A stretch of 42,380 nucleotides of DNA, from NCBI GenBank assembly GCA_039586365.1, contig JBDHKN010000039.1, positions 1 to 42,380 on the forward strand, given 5' to 3'. The position numbers and the translations under genes were made by a program. The notes under the pieces are model-generated. The model was not told the origin of the DNA, searched no databases, and saw nothing but the letters and a program-made list of their open reading frames with translations. The DNA is from Gemmatimonadota bacterium (GTDB lineage Bacteria; Gemmatimonadota; Gemmatimonadetes; Gemmatimonadales; GWC2-71-9). Positions 18,409 to 27,606 of this stretch are shown piece by piece (positions within the stretch are counted from its first letter, which is position 1; each line of letters starts with the position of its first letter).

Positions 18409-19582
18409 TCATTCCACTATCGCCTGGAAGATGTAGTCTTCGATCAAGTCGTTGACGTCGAGCGGTCTGGTCTCGTAATGGCCGCCTGCCGTGAACACAA
18501 TGATCATGTCGAGTTCGGGAAACACGTAGATGTTCTGCCCGCCCCAACCACTGGCGCGGAAGTAGTCGACTGTGCGCTCTCCGTACTGGGAACGTCCCAG
18601 CCACCAATTGTAGCCTACCCGTAAAGCGTTCTGTAGTCACCGACGGCGGTGTCGACATCTCGGTGGATGCGTCGATCCAGGAAGTAGAGACGATCTGTGC
18701 TCCGTTCCAGAACCCTCCGCTCAGATACAGAGCGCCGAGTTTGGCCATGTCGCGGGGTCTGAGGGACGAGCCACCGGAGGCAAAGGTCACATGATCTGCC
18801 AATGGAAGTCTGATCCAGTTGAACGAATCAATGCCTAAGGGCTGGAAGAGATACCTGTCGGCGAACGCAACAAGATTCTCTGAGGATGACGTTCTCCGGA
18901 CGATGCCTCCCAGGAGGTTCGTGTCACCGCTGTTCTAGAGGAACTCGCTGCCTGGGGTCGAGACAACGGGGCGGCCCAGGAGGAACCCCATGGGGTCGGG
19001 AGTACTGAACATCTGATTGTGGGAATCCCGGGGATCATCGAACCCGTACACATGCTCATTCCAGTCATAGCCCGACGAGAACGCGAGCAGATGCTCCAGG
19101 GTGATATGACTGTTGTCAGCGTTCCTCAGGTCCTCATACTCGGGGAAGAACGAGAATAGAGTCTCCTCCACACTGACGATCAGCCCCTGGGCGAGCGCCA
19201 TCCCCACCAAGGCGGAGGTGATGCTTTTGGAAACCGAGGCCGCGTAGTGCAGTGTTTCGCGATCGAACTGCCGCTCGACCGGAGTTAGCGAAACTGGTTC
19301 CAGGTCAGTCCCGGTCCAGTACTCTTCGAACACCAGCTTTTGATCCCTGACGATCAGAATGCTGTGGATCATGTGGTCGTCAGTGTTGGCAATCAGATCC
19401 AGCAGGCTCTGCAACGGACCAGCGTGCATGCCTACAGCTTCAAGGGATGCTGTCTGCCACCCGTCACCTGTCTGAAGTGGGATCGGGTAACCATCCTCAG
19501 ATCTGGTGGTGGAACCACATGCCAACGCAAACGAGAGAGCGAAGACGGCTGTACGAGCACGAACGGTATCCCTACGCGTCAT
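18409..19582 (-). pseudogene. Serine hydrolase (class C beta-lactamase / NylB-like) lipoprotein, disrupted
   Basis: AGGAGG RBS, ALAC lipobox, SVSK motif. In-frame TAG at 18935-18937 (FL*NSGDTNLLG), then LRPRDMAKLG in the same frame. Frameshifts near 18645 and 18615 precede GYNWW...ASGWGGQNIYVFPELDMIIVFT, with a stop at 18409. Confidence 0.85.
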
Positions 19583-19944
19583 TCCTCCTCCTAGGTCTAG
19601 GGACAAGAGGGGGATCACCCGCTCCCTTACGGCCGACTTTTCCATCGGGCAGCATGGGCCGAGTGACCAGTTGCCAGGTGTACCTCCGTTCCTGAAACCA
19701 CTCTCGCCACCGTCCGTCGTCCGGTGCTGATTACCCGATCCCACCGAGGAGGTCGGGCTCATATCCGTCCAATGGGAGTCGGTGGGTGCGGGTTCTTCCC
19801 CGCGGTTGGGATCGTGGGGCAGTGCAGAACGCCCCGTTCGGTGGTTCTGCTCCCAGTGCCCCTCACCCAACGAACGGATGGGGCCAGGAGCATCTACCAA
19901 CCTCCCGTACGTCCCGTGTGCGCACTCCGGCCACCAGACGCACG

Positions 19945-20232
19945 GGATTCGTGAACGGTACGGTCACGTTCTCACGCCAATTCGGTCAACTCAACAACAT
20001 CACACTGCCCAGTTACCATCAACTCGACTTCCGGCTTACTCGCACATTCCCAGTAGGACACGGTGTGCTCCAGGTTTACGTCGACCTGTTGAACCTTATG
20101 GGTGCAGCGACCTGCGGTTCTACATCTTCGGGTGCAGCGCTCTACGACGACGGTCGGCTAGTGGTCAACTGCTACGACGGTGACGAGTTGTTGCCGTTCC
20201 TCCCGTCCATCGAATTCCGCTACGAGTTCTGA
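19945..20232 (+). pseudogene. 3' remnant of a TonB-dependent outer-membrane receptor gene
   Basis: NNITLPSYHQLDFRLTRTF...YVDLLNL...LLPFLPSIEFRYEF* is a typical TBDR C-terminus with terminal Phe; no intact upstream frame. Confidence 0.7.
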
Positions 20233-20292
20233 AGTTGGGGCTGAAACAGTTGTGTCGAGTGAGCTGCACGCCTGCGAGGAGCCCCATCGCGC

Positions 20293-20338
20293 TCGTCAAT
20301 CGTCACTCGTCAATCGTCAATCGTCACTCGTCAATCGT
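20293..20338. repeat. Heptamer tandem repeat TCGTCA(A/C) x6.5
   Basis: tcgtcaa tcgtcac tcgtcaa tcgtcaa tcgtcac tcgtcaa tcgt, read directly; ends 6 bp from the ADOP stop codon. Confidence 0.95.
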
Positions 20339-20344
20339 GGTTGG

Positions 20345-23122
20345 TCACTCCGCCCGCAACGCCTCCATCGGGTCTACCCGCGCCGCCCTCCGGGCCGGGA
20401 CGTAGCTAGCCAACAGGGCCACCACCACCAGTACCAACGGCACCAGGGTGAAGGTGACAGGGTCCCGCGGGCTGATGTCGAACAGGAGCCCGGTCATGAC
20501 CCGCGTGACGCCGATTGCTAGAGCGACACCGATCACCAGTCCCACGAGGGAAAGCATCAGCCCCTGCCGCAGCACCATGCCCGTCACGTCCTCGCTCCGG
20601 GCGCCCAGTGCCATCCGCATTCCCAGTTCCGATGTGCGCTGACTCACCGAGTAGGAGATGACTCCGTACACTCCGACAAGCCCGAGCAGCAACGCCACGC
20701 CGGAGGCAACTCCTAGCAGTATCAATGTGAAGGACGTGCGCGCAATGGATTGGGCTGTGAGGTCGTCCAGTGTTGACACGCGCAGCAAGGGTAGATTCGG
20801 GTTCACCTCCCACACGGCCGCCCGAATCTCCTCGAGGAATCCGGCGGTGCCCACTCGCGGGCTCCGGACTGCGTAGCTGGTGCCGCGCCAGGTCGCGATG
20901 TCGTCGGGTGCATTCCCTTCCCAGAAGGCCAGGGTGACCTGGGGCCAGTAGAGCATGGGTGGGGGATCGGCAGCAAGTCCGTCGTCCCGCACGTCTGCCA
21001 CGACACCGATGATCTCATGCCATCGCGGTGGGTCGGGCCGCGCTGCCACGCGCTGGCCCAGGGCCGCGGCCGGAGAACCCCAGTACTCGCGAGCCACGTT
21101 CTCCGATACAAGCACGGCTGGAATTCGGTCATGGATGTCCTGCCAGGTGAACGTGCGTCCTGCCAGGAGGGGAATCTGTAGGGTCTCGAGCATTCCCTCG
21201 CCGATCCACTTGTGGCGCCGGGTTGTCGGTGCTTGGTCGCCACTGTAGTCGAGGCCTTCCACGAAAAAGGGATTGACGTTGTTCGATCCGTGCATCGGGA
21301 TGGACGTTGCGATTCCCACGGAGGTCACACCCTGCACCTCCTGCAGACGTCGCGCAATACGTTCGTGGGTAGCGGCGACTTCTGCTGCGTCGCGGACCTC
21401 GTTCGGTGAGATATAGAGCCGCATTACGGTGACGTCTGCAGGGTCGTGGAAGCCAGGGTCGACGTTGCGGAGCGTCAGGAAGCTGCGGAGCATGAGACCG
21501 GATGCCACCAGGAGCACCATGGCGAGGGCGACCTGACTCACTGCCAGCGCGTTCTGTGCCCGGTGCCGTTCCTTGCCTTTCGTTCCGGCACGACCTCCCT
21601 GCTTCAGGGCGTCCACCAGGTCATCCCGAGCCTGCTTGAGAGCGGGGAAGACGCCAAAGAAAGCGCCCGCGGCGAGCGACACCAGCAGCGTGAAGAGCAG
21701 GACTCCGCCGTCCAGCGACACCTCAGCCATCCGCGGCAGGCTGGACGGCGCCAGCGCGACCAACGCGCGCAGGCCCGCGTAGCCGATGGCGAGGCCGCCG
21801 GCACCACCGAGCACCGCCAGCACCAGGCTTTCCTTCAAATACTCCCATGCGATACGAGCACGGCTAGCCCCCATGGCGGCGCGGACTGCCATCTCGGTCT
21901 GCTTCCCATCCGCCCGGACCAAGTACAAGTTTGCCACGTTGGCGCAGGCGATTAGCAGTACGACAGCGACCCCTCCCATGAGAACCCAGAGCAGATTCGC
22001 CGTCGAGCCCAACAGTCGCTCCTTGAACAGCCGGATGTCAGGGGCGAAGCGCGCCCGGGCGTTGAACTCTGCCGCGGGGCCACCGGGGAACTTCTCAGAT
22101 GCCAGCGGGAGGACCCGCGCGGCATCGGCGTGCGCTTGCTCCAAGGTGACCCCGTCCTTGAGTCGGGCCACGGAGCCGAATCCGATGTTGCCTACAAACA
22201 AGGTGGACCGGTCGAAGCGATAGGGGTAGACGATGGATGGGCTCACGCCGAGGCTCCGGATGCTCGGCGGTAAGACACCGACGATCTCCTGGCTCGCGCC
22301 GTCTACCTGGATCAATCGCCCTACGGTGTTCGGATCCCCGCCGAACCGGCTCTGCCAATAGCTGTGGCTGAGTAGAATGACGTTGGGCGCCTCCAACTCC
22401 TCATCCTCCGGGGTGAAGATCCGGCCCACGACGGGTCGGATGCGCAACGCCCGAAGCACCCCACTCGTCAGTCCCAAGTCGGGGATTGCTTCCGGTTCGT
22501 CTCCCATCGTGACGGTGGAGGATCCGGTACCGAACATCCCGATATGCTCGAATACCTGTGCTTCGCCCTCGTAGGTGAAGTGCCAGGCTGCGCACTGACC
22601 GGCGTTCTGGATGCCAACACCTTCACCCGTGTGGCTGATCGATACCAAACGGGCTGCGTCGTCGAACGGAAGCGGCGAGAGGATGATGGCATCCAGCAGG
22701 GTGAAGATGGCGGTCGTAGCCCCGATCCCCAGGGCGAGCACGAGAACCACCACGCCGGTAAAGAGCGGCCGCTGTGCCAGCGCACGGAAAGCCAGGCGGA
22801 AGTCCCTGGACCGGTCGGCCAAGGAGGTCCAAACACCGCCTTTCCGTCGCAGAGTCTCCTCCCGGCCCTCGGTCCAGCGACGTAGCAGAGCCCGGACCCG
22901 GGCGGGCTCAGCGCTCTGCAATTCGGCGGCAGCCCGATCGGGGTCGCCCAGCCACTGCAACACCGTGGCTTCGGCTTCCTCTGCGCTTGCCCCACTGGCC
23001 ATTGCCTCCTGGTAGACGTCCTCCAGGTGATCCGCCAGCTCGCGGATCATCCGCTCGTCCCGCTGTCGCTTCATCTCGGGCAGATTCAGCCGCTGTCGCA
23101 GAAACTCGGTCCAGTCACGCAT
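20345..23122 (-). CDS. ABC transporter permease, ADOP family, with N-terminal permease-prefix (HAAS-like) domain
   Basis: N-terminal ERMIRELADHLED...GASAEEAE...LGDP; LALGIGATTAIF, LLIACANVANL, RTSELGMRMALGA; ends VDPMEALRAE. Confidence 0.92.
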   Translation of the reverse strand: MRDWTEFLRQRLNLPEMKRQRDERMIRELADHLEDVYQEAMASGASAEEAEATVLQWLGDPDRAAAELQSAEPARVRALLRRWTEGREETLRRKGGVWTSLADRSRDFRLAFRALAQRPLFTGVVVLVLALGIGATTAIFTLLDAIILSPLPFDDAARLVSISHTGEGVGIQNAGQCAAWHFTYEGEAQVFEHIGMFGTGSSTVTMGDEPEAIPDLGLTSGVLRALRIRPVVGRIFTPEDEELEAPNVILLSHSYWQSRFGGDPNTVGRLIQVDGASQEIVGVLPPSIRSLGVSPSIVYPYRFDRSTLFVGNIGFGSVARLKDGVTLEQAHADAARVLPLASEKFPGGPAAEFNARARFAPDIRLFKERLLGSTANLLWVLMGGVAVVLLIACANVANLYLVRADGKQTEMAVRAAMGASRARIAWEYLKESLVLAVLGGAGGLAIGYAGLRALVALAPSSLPRMAEVSLDGGVLLFTLLVSLAAGAFFGVFPALKQARDDLVDALKQGGRAGTKGKERHRAQNALAVSQVALAMVLLVASGLMLRSFLTLRNVDPGFHDPADVTVMRLYISPNEVRDAAEVAATHERIARRLQEVQGVTSVGIATSIPMHGSNNVNPFFVEGLDYSGDQAPTTRRHKWIGEGMLETLQIPLLAGRTFTWQDIHDRIPAVLVSENVAREYWGSPAAALGQRVAARPDPPRWHEIIGVVADVRDDGLAADPPPMLYWPQVTLAFWEGNAPDDIATWRGTSYAVRSPRVGTAGFLEEIRAAVWEVNPNLPLLRVSTLDDLTAQSIARTSFTLILLGVASGVALLLGLVGVYGVISYSVSQRTSELGMRMALGARSEDVTGMVLRQGLMLSLVGLVIGVALAIGVTRVMTGLLFDISPRDPVTFTLVPLVLVVVALLASYVPARRAARVDPMEALRAE

Positions 23123-23447
23123 GACTGACTCCGATCACCTGGTTCACCACGGCGGTGAACGCTTGCCATTCCCGTTGCTGCTGTGCCAGCACTTTCTCAC
23201 CCTTGGGTGTCAACGCGTAGTAGCAGCGCCGGCGCTGGCCGGTCCGCTCCACCCAGCGGCCCTTGATCCAGCGCCGTTTCTCCATGCGGTAGAGGATGGT
23301 GTAGAGAGTGGAGACAGGGAATTCCAGCTTGCCGCCGGACCGCTGCGCCAGGAGTTTCCCGATCTCGTAGCCGTGCCGCGTTGCTCCGTTCAGCACCGAG
23401 AGGATCAGCAGCTCCAGGCTGCCTTTCTTCAATTCCGGGTTGAACAC
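23115..23447 (-). CDS. PadR-family transcriptional regulator
   Basis: LKKGSLELLILSVL...HGYEI...STLYTILYRME...W.....RRCYYALTPKG...L..Q..EW; GGAGG RBS with GTG start; overlaps the permease start by 8 nt. Confidence 0.93.
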   Translation of the reverse strand: MFNPELKKGSLELLILSVLNGATRHGYEIGKLLAQRSGGKLEFPVSTLYTILYRMEKRRWIKGRWVERTGQRRRCYYALTPKGEKVLAQQQREWQAFTAVVNQVIGVSHA

Positions 23448-23491
23448 AGGCGCCTCCGCATACGGTTCTCACCAGGAACTTTCATCACGCG

Positions 23492-23546
23492 ATACTTCGT
23501 GTAATGAAGTATAATTTCACGTGTAGATAGTTACAATAGTGAAATT
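23492..23546 (-). promoter_or_regulatory. Sigma70-type promoter of padR-permease with two overlapping inverted repeats (candidate operators)
   Basis: Minus strand TTGTAA (23531-23536), 17 nt, TATACT (23508-23513). Perfect IR ATACTTC-N7-GAAGTAT (23492-23512) overlaps the -10; second IR AATTTCAC-N18-GTGAAATT (23513-23546) brackets the -35. Confidence 0.7.
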
Positions 23547-23576
23547 GGCGCGACAACAAACTGCGGCTACTGCGTT

Positions 23577-23794
23577 CGCTCTCTCCGCGGCTGGGAACGC
23601 TTTCTCCGCGGCTGGGACGCTTTCTCCGTGGCTGGGAACGCTTCCTCCGTGACTGGGAACACTTCCTCCGTGGCTGGCAACGCTTCCTCCGTGGCTGGCA
23701 ACGCTTCCTCCGTGGCTGGGAATGCTTCCTCCGTGGCTGGGAACGCTTCCCCCGTGGCTGGGAACGCTTCCCCCGTGGCTGGGAACGCTTCCTT
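23577..23794. repeat. 21-bp tandem repeat array (about 10.4 copies), consensus CGCTTCCTCCGTGGCTGGGAA
   Basis: Ten contiguous units counted directly (one is 20 bp) plus a partial unit; no spacers. Confidence 0.95.
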
Positions 23795-24070
23795 GGCTGC
23801 AAGGAACAGTAGTGTGCACGATTCAGGTGGGACCATCATCAGGGGTCTCAGCCCCAGCTGCCCGCCAGCAGGGTCAGCATGTCCACAGACGTCTCGTCGG
23901 GAAGGCCACCGGGCTTGCGGTGTTCTCCGGCCAGAAGGTAGATGTGGCGCGAATGCGGAACATGCGTGCACGGTGCCGGAGCTGCTTTGTACCGTCTTCA
24001 GTGTGGTTTCTGCAGTAAGATGCCTCGAAGTATGTCAGGTCCAGCAATCGGTTTTCGATCGCTGCTACTC

Positions 24071-24517
24071 CTAGTCGTTGTCGAGGCGCTCAAACTGCAG
24101 CGGGACGCGGCCCAGGGCGACGTCGAACACGATGCCCGTTATGGTGATTGCTCCCACCATATGGGGCGGTGCGATGCACGATGCCATGTCTGGGCATTCG
24201 TAGGCAACCGAGATATTGCCATCCGTCACCGTATACTCCAGGTCGCTCACGCTCGAGTAGGCGTGTGATTGTCCATCGGCCTTGGAGATCGATTCCAGTA
24301 GCTGCACCTCGTAGCCGGTGCCGTCAACCGCAAGGAAAAGCGTGTCGGCAATGATGCTCAATGTGGCGAAGTCTCCATCTCGGAATACGGCGGGCAATGG
24401 GTCCCCATCAATCGACCGCAGCACGTACCGTTCTGCTATTTCCGGACCGGCGATGTCGCCGCAAGCGACCGCGCAGTTCAACGTCCCTAACACCGCGAAC
24501 AACCTGATGTTCCTCAT
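24071..24517 (-). CDS. Hypothetical lipoprotein
   Basis: MRNIRLFAVLGTLNCAVAC lipobox; YVLRSIDGDPLPA, ADTLFL and CPDMASCIAPPH segments. Confidence 0.75.
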   Translation of the reverse strand: MRNIRLFAVLGTLNCAVACGDIAGPEIAERYVLRSIDGDPLPAVFRDGDFATLSIIADTLFLAVDGTGYEVQLLESISKADGQSHAYSSVSDLEYTVTDGNISVAYECPDMASCIAPPHMVGAITITGIVFDVALGRVPLQFERLDND

Positions 24518-24579
24518 GTCGGTCCAACCCCGTTGCTTGTCACTCTGTATACCTTCGCAGCACTTCGGTCGTCACATCG

Positions 24580-24614
24580 GGGAGCGGGGAGCGGGGAGCA
24601 GGGAGCAGGGAACA
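24580..24614. repeat. Heptamer tandem repeat GGGAGC(G/A) x5
   Basis: gggagcg gggagcg gggagca gggagca gggaaca, read directly. Confidence 0.9.
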
Positions 24615-24823
24615 GACGAAGCGGGGATTTGCCTCCGGGATGCTTGCGGGCTGTCCAGAGGTCCCCGCTATGTCACTGCTGCTGGAGTCGCCGCGTTTCA
24701 ACTCGGCCTGTTGTGTGTAATGACTGCCGCGCTCACCCAATAGATATCATGGTGCGCGTAGCAGAACGTTTGCCACTCTAGTACTTCGTCACCGTCCACC
24801 ACGATCGGTGATCTGTGCACTGC

Positions 24824-26224
24824 TCATTGCTGTTGCAGCCTTCTGATCATTCTCGCCGCATTTGGATTCTCCGGATCCAGCTGCAATACCTTTTCGTAAC
24901 ACTCGATGGCGAGTTCGTTCCTGCCATTCATGTAGTACGCATATGCTAGTGCTTCGTAAGCATTAGAGGATTCGGGGAAGAACTCGATCCTCTTCTGCAA
25001 GATCGCGTAGAGAATCTGTTCATCCGTCTCAGACAGATAGTTGTAGGCCAGTACATCAAGGAAGAACTCGTTGATTAGACTGACCTCGTCACCTATCCGG
25101 AACACGGAATCCAGGGCGGTGTTGGCTTCGCTGGTCTTGTTCTCACTATAGAGCAGCTCCGCCTGATCCAACAGCGTCTGCATCTTATCAACAGTTAGTC
25201 TGAGCCTCGTTTCCTTCGGCCCGTTGTGTTCTCTAGCTGCTGTTCTCGCCAACACTATTGCCGTGTCCAGAGCCGACTCTGAGGTAACGACTACGTTAGG
25301 GATTACGCCGGTTCCCTCCCAATTGCCGGAAGTGACAGGATTGATGGCACGGGCGGTGGATATGTATATCTCAAATTGATCGTCGATTTGATAGAGATCC
25401 ACCGAATGTGCTCCCCCTTTGGTTGAGTCTCCAATGAGAGTGGCTCTGTTCCTCACCTTCATGTCATATGCGAATGCTTCTGCAGCAGAGAACGTCCGGT
25501 CGCTTGTCAAGAGGAAAAGAGGGACATCCGTGCGCCGTTCACCGGTGATGTCCTTGGCGGTCCAGAATTCCGTCAGGAAATCGTCCTCTCGAGAGTAATG
25601 GCCGGTCAGTTGGGTTGGATACTCAAAGAAGTAGCTGCAAAAGTACGGCAAACTCTCTCCCGCACCGCCCTGATTCTCACGCAGGTCGATGATGATTGCG
25701 TTGGCAGCTGCAAGAAACCTCATTGCTGCATCGACCATCTCCTTTGACTCAGATAGGGGGTAGAATCGTCTCAAGTCCAAATAGCCGATGTTGCCGTCGA
25801 TCCAATCGAGCCTGTAGAACCCGAGATGCTCGAGATTCCCTAGCCGAGCAAGGCGTATGGGATGACGCAGGGAGCTTGCGGTGTTTTCACCCACGTCACT
25901 CGATTCGATCACCCTCAAGCTGATGTGTGAGTCATTCGTTATTGCCACGAGGTCCGCCGTGACCATAGTCGCAAATTCAGCGGCGTCTTGATATGAGTCA
26001 TACAGTCCAGCTGCGCTTCGCGACCTGAATTCTTCGGCATACGCCTTTGCTCTGTCCGGCAAGACGTACTTGCTTTCGAGCAACCCAGCAATGTTGTCTA
26101 TCAGTTCGTTCTTGTAGGTACTGTTGCCCAGCCTGTTCGGTTGTTGACCATACGCGGTACAAGGGCAAGCGCAGATACACCAGAGGAGGGCGAGCAGGAA
26201 CACAGCAGACGTAGTAGAGCGCAT
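24824..26224 (-). CDS. S41-family peptidase (IRBP-like) with C-terminal TPR
   Basis: Signal peptide; GNIGYLDL, IIIDLRENQGG, TFSAAEAFAY, WEGTGVIP; TPR FPESSNAYEALAYAY...AIECYEKVLQLDPEN; AGGTGGAG RBS before ATG 26224. Confidence 0.9.
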   Translation of the reverse strand: MRSTTSAVFLLALLWCICACPCTAYGQQPNRLGNSTYKNELIDNIAGLLESKYVLPDRAKAYAEEFRSRSAAGLYDSYQDAAEFATMVTADLVAITNDSHISLRVIESSDVGENTASSLRHPIRLARLGNLEHLGFYRLDWIDGNIGYLDLRRFYPLSESKEMVDAAMRFLAAANAIIIDLRENQGGAGESLPYFCSYFFEYPTQLTGHYSREDDFLTEFWTAKDITGERRTDVPLFLLTSDRTFSAAEAFAYDMKVRNRATLIGDSTKGGAHSVDLYQIDDQFEIYISTARAINPVTSGNWEGTGVIPNVVVTSESALDTAIVLARTAAREHNGPKETRLRLTVDKMQTLLDQAELLYSENKTSEANTALDSVFRIGDEVSLINEFFLDVLAYNYLSETDEQILYAILQKRIEFFPESSNAYEALAYAYYMNGRNELAIECYEKVLQLDPENPNAARMIRRLQQQ

Positions 26225-26340
26225 GGTCAATCTCCACCTTGGGGAATCCCAGCCACTTCGGCTTTGCAGCTGTCCCTGGCTCGATCCAGTCCACTCCGGC
26301 GTTCGTCGACCGCTAACCGGGCCCATTCACGAGCTGCTAC

Positions 26341-26374
26341 GTATAAGGTATACCTAATACATCTGCACTTTCAA
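26341..26374 (-). promoter_or_regulatory. AT-rich near-perfect palindrome overlapping a possible promoter of the S41 gene
   Basis: GTATAAGGTATACCTAATAC (26341-26360) pairs at 9 of 10 positions; minus strand TTGAAA-N16-TATACC. Confidence 0.4.
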
Positions 26375-26490
26375 CAACGTCGCCATTTTCGCCGGGATTT
26401 CACTGATTCCCCTTTAGCCAGCACAGCAACCGGTGCGGGAATGCCACCGGGCGAAGATACTTGGGTTATGCACACGAGTGCGCGAACGCA

Positions 26491-26519
26491 AAGAGCCCGG
26501 AGGCCTTTTCCGGGCTCTT
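26491..26519. terminator. Intrinsic-terminator-like hairpin
   Basis: AAGAGCCCGGA, 7-nt loop, TCCGGGCTCTT: a perfect 11-bp stem with short A/T flanks. Confidence 0.55.
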
Positions 26520-26858
26520 GTACAGAACCATGTATCGACTCGCCGTACCTTGCCAGCGAGAGCGCCGGGACGAAAGTCGCTTGTTAGGCGCCTCTGTCAT
26601 GGTTCCCAACGCTGCCGCACATGTTATGCATGTCGCAGTGTCGGTCAACAGTCACCTAAGGTCCTGCGAACTCAACAGGTTGGCGACTCCACATCACAAA
26701 CTTGCTGGTAGGATGATGCCGCTAGGTGGATTTGCCGGCGTGGCAACGCCTGGCTGACGCCAGCCGCTTGTCTTAGGACTGCACGAGCTTGTGAGAGTCC
26801 GTCCGCGCCGTCGGCCGGTACGCGATCTAGTGATGCGAGTGGTGTCGAGCTGCCGGTC

Positions 26859-27344
26859 CTAGTAACAAGGCGTGGTTGATGCCATGCACTCCTGGGCGAA
26901 ATCTTCTGAGAACAGGATCAGGAACGTCGCTGCGTACTCAGCGGGCCTGATTGACCCGGGTGTCTCCGGGTATGGTGCGAGGCTCACTAGTCGCAGTTCA
27001 AATATGCCCAGCTGAACGATGTCCGGTCCTGCCCCGGGACCACCGGACGTGGTAGTGTGCAGAGTGTCCAACCGCACTTCACCCCTGGCACGGTCGCTTA
27101 CCAGAGCACTCTCGACAACGACCGCGGCGTCCCCCTGCCAGACACAGCGGACCTGTGTGGGGCAGCGCGAATCCTGCGCGACCCCTACGAAGCGGATCCA
27201 CTCACCCAAAGGATGATCCGGCAGCGAGTTTACCGTGACACTCTCACTCACTCGCAACGTGAACTGGTCACCCAGACTGGGACCCGTGACCGAAGTGCAA
27301 CCCAGAAGCGGCAGGAGAGTCCAGCTAGCCCAATGGCGCATCAT
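26859..27344 (-). CDS. Hypothetical lipoprotein with DSRCPxxVxCVWxG motif
   Basis: GGAGG RBS before ATG 27344; LLGC lipobox; IRFVGVAQDSRCPTQVRCVWQGDA and LVSLAPYP motifs of a widespread uncharacterised family. Confidence 0.75.
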   Translation of the reverse strand: MMRHWASWTLLPLLGCTSVTGPSLGDQFTLRVSESVTVNSLPDHPLGEWIRFVGVAQDSRCPTQVRCVWQGDAAVVVESALVSDRARGEVRLDTLHTTTSGGPGAGPDIVQLGIFELRLVSLAPYPETPGSIRPAEYAATFLILFSEDFAQECMASTTPCY

Positions 27345-27606
27345 GCGTTTGTTTGCCTCCGCGAGTAATACCCTCACAACCGTTGAAGCGTCACCCACTC
27401 CCACACGACTGGAGTTGAATTCTACCGATGCTACGGTACTGAACATCTGCTCGACCGTCGGAGCATCGCGTTCCCCCAACCGCTTGAGCAATCATGGAGG
27501 TGTACAGCGTCGGCCCGAAATTCTCAGCCGCGAATCACACAGCTTCCCACGACTCACCCTTCGGACCGCACTCCCTTGCCACTCGGCCGCCCGACTGTAC
27601 CTTGGA

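Noticed and set aside
18935..18937. Programmed amber recoding (pyrrolysine or alternative code)
   Set aside because: The position needs Tyr, the gene has additional frameshifts, and TAG is used as a normal stop by other genes here.
23577..23794. CRISPR array
   Set aside because: Units are contiguous with no unique spacers, and no cas genes are present.
23485..24074. ORFs in several frames across the 21-bp array
   Set aside because: They are by-products of a stop-free repeat; no RBS or homology support, and one unit is frame-breaking.
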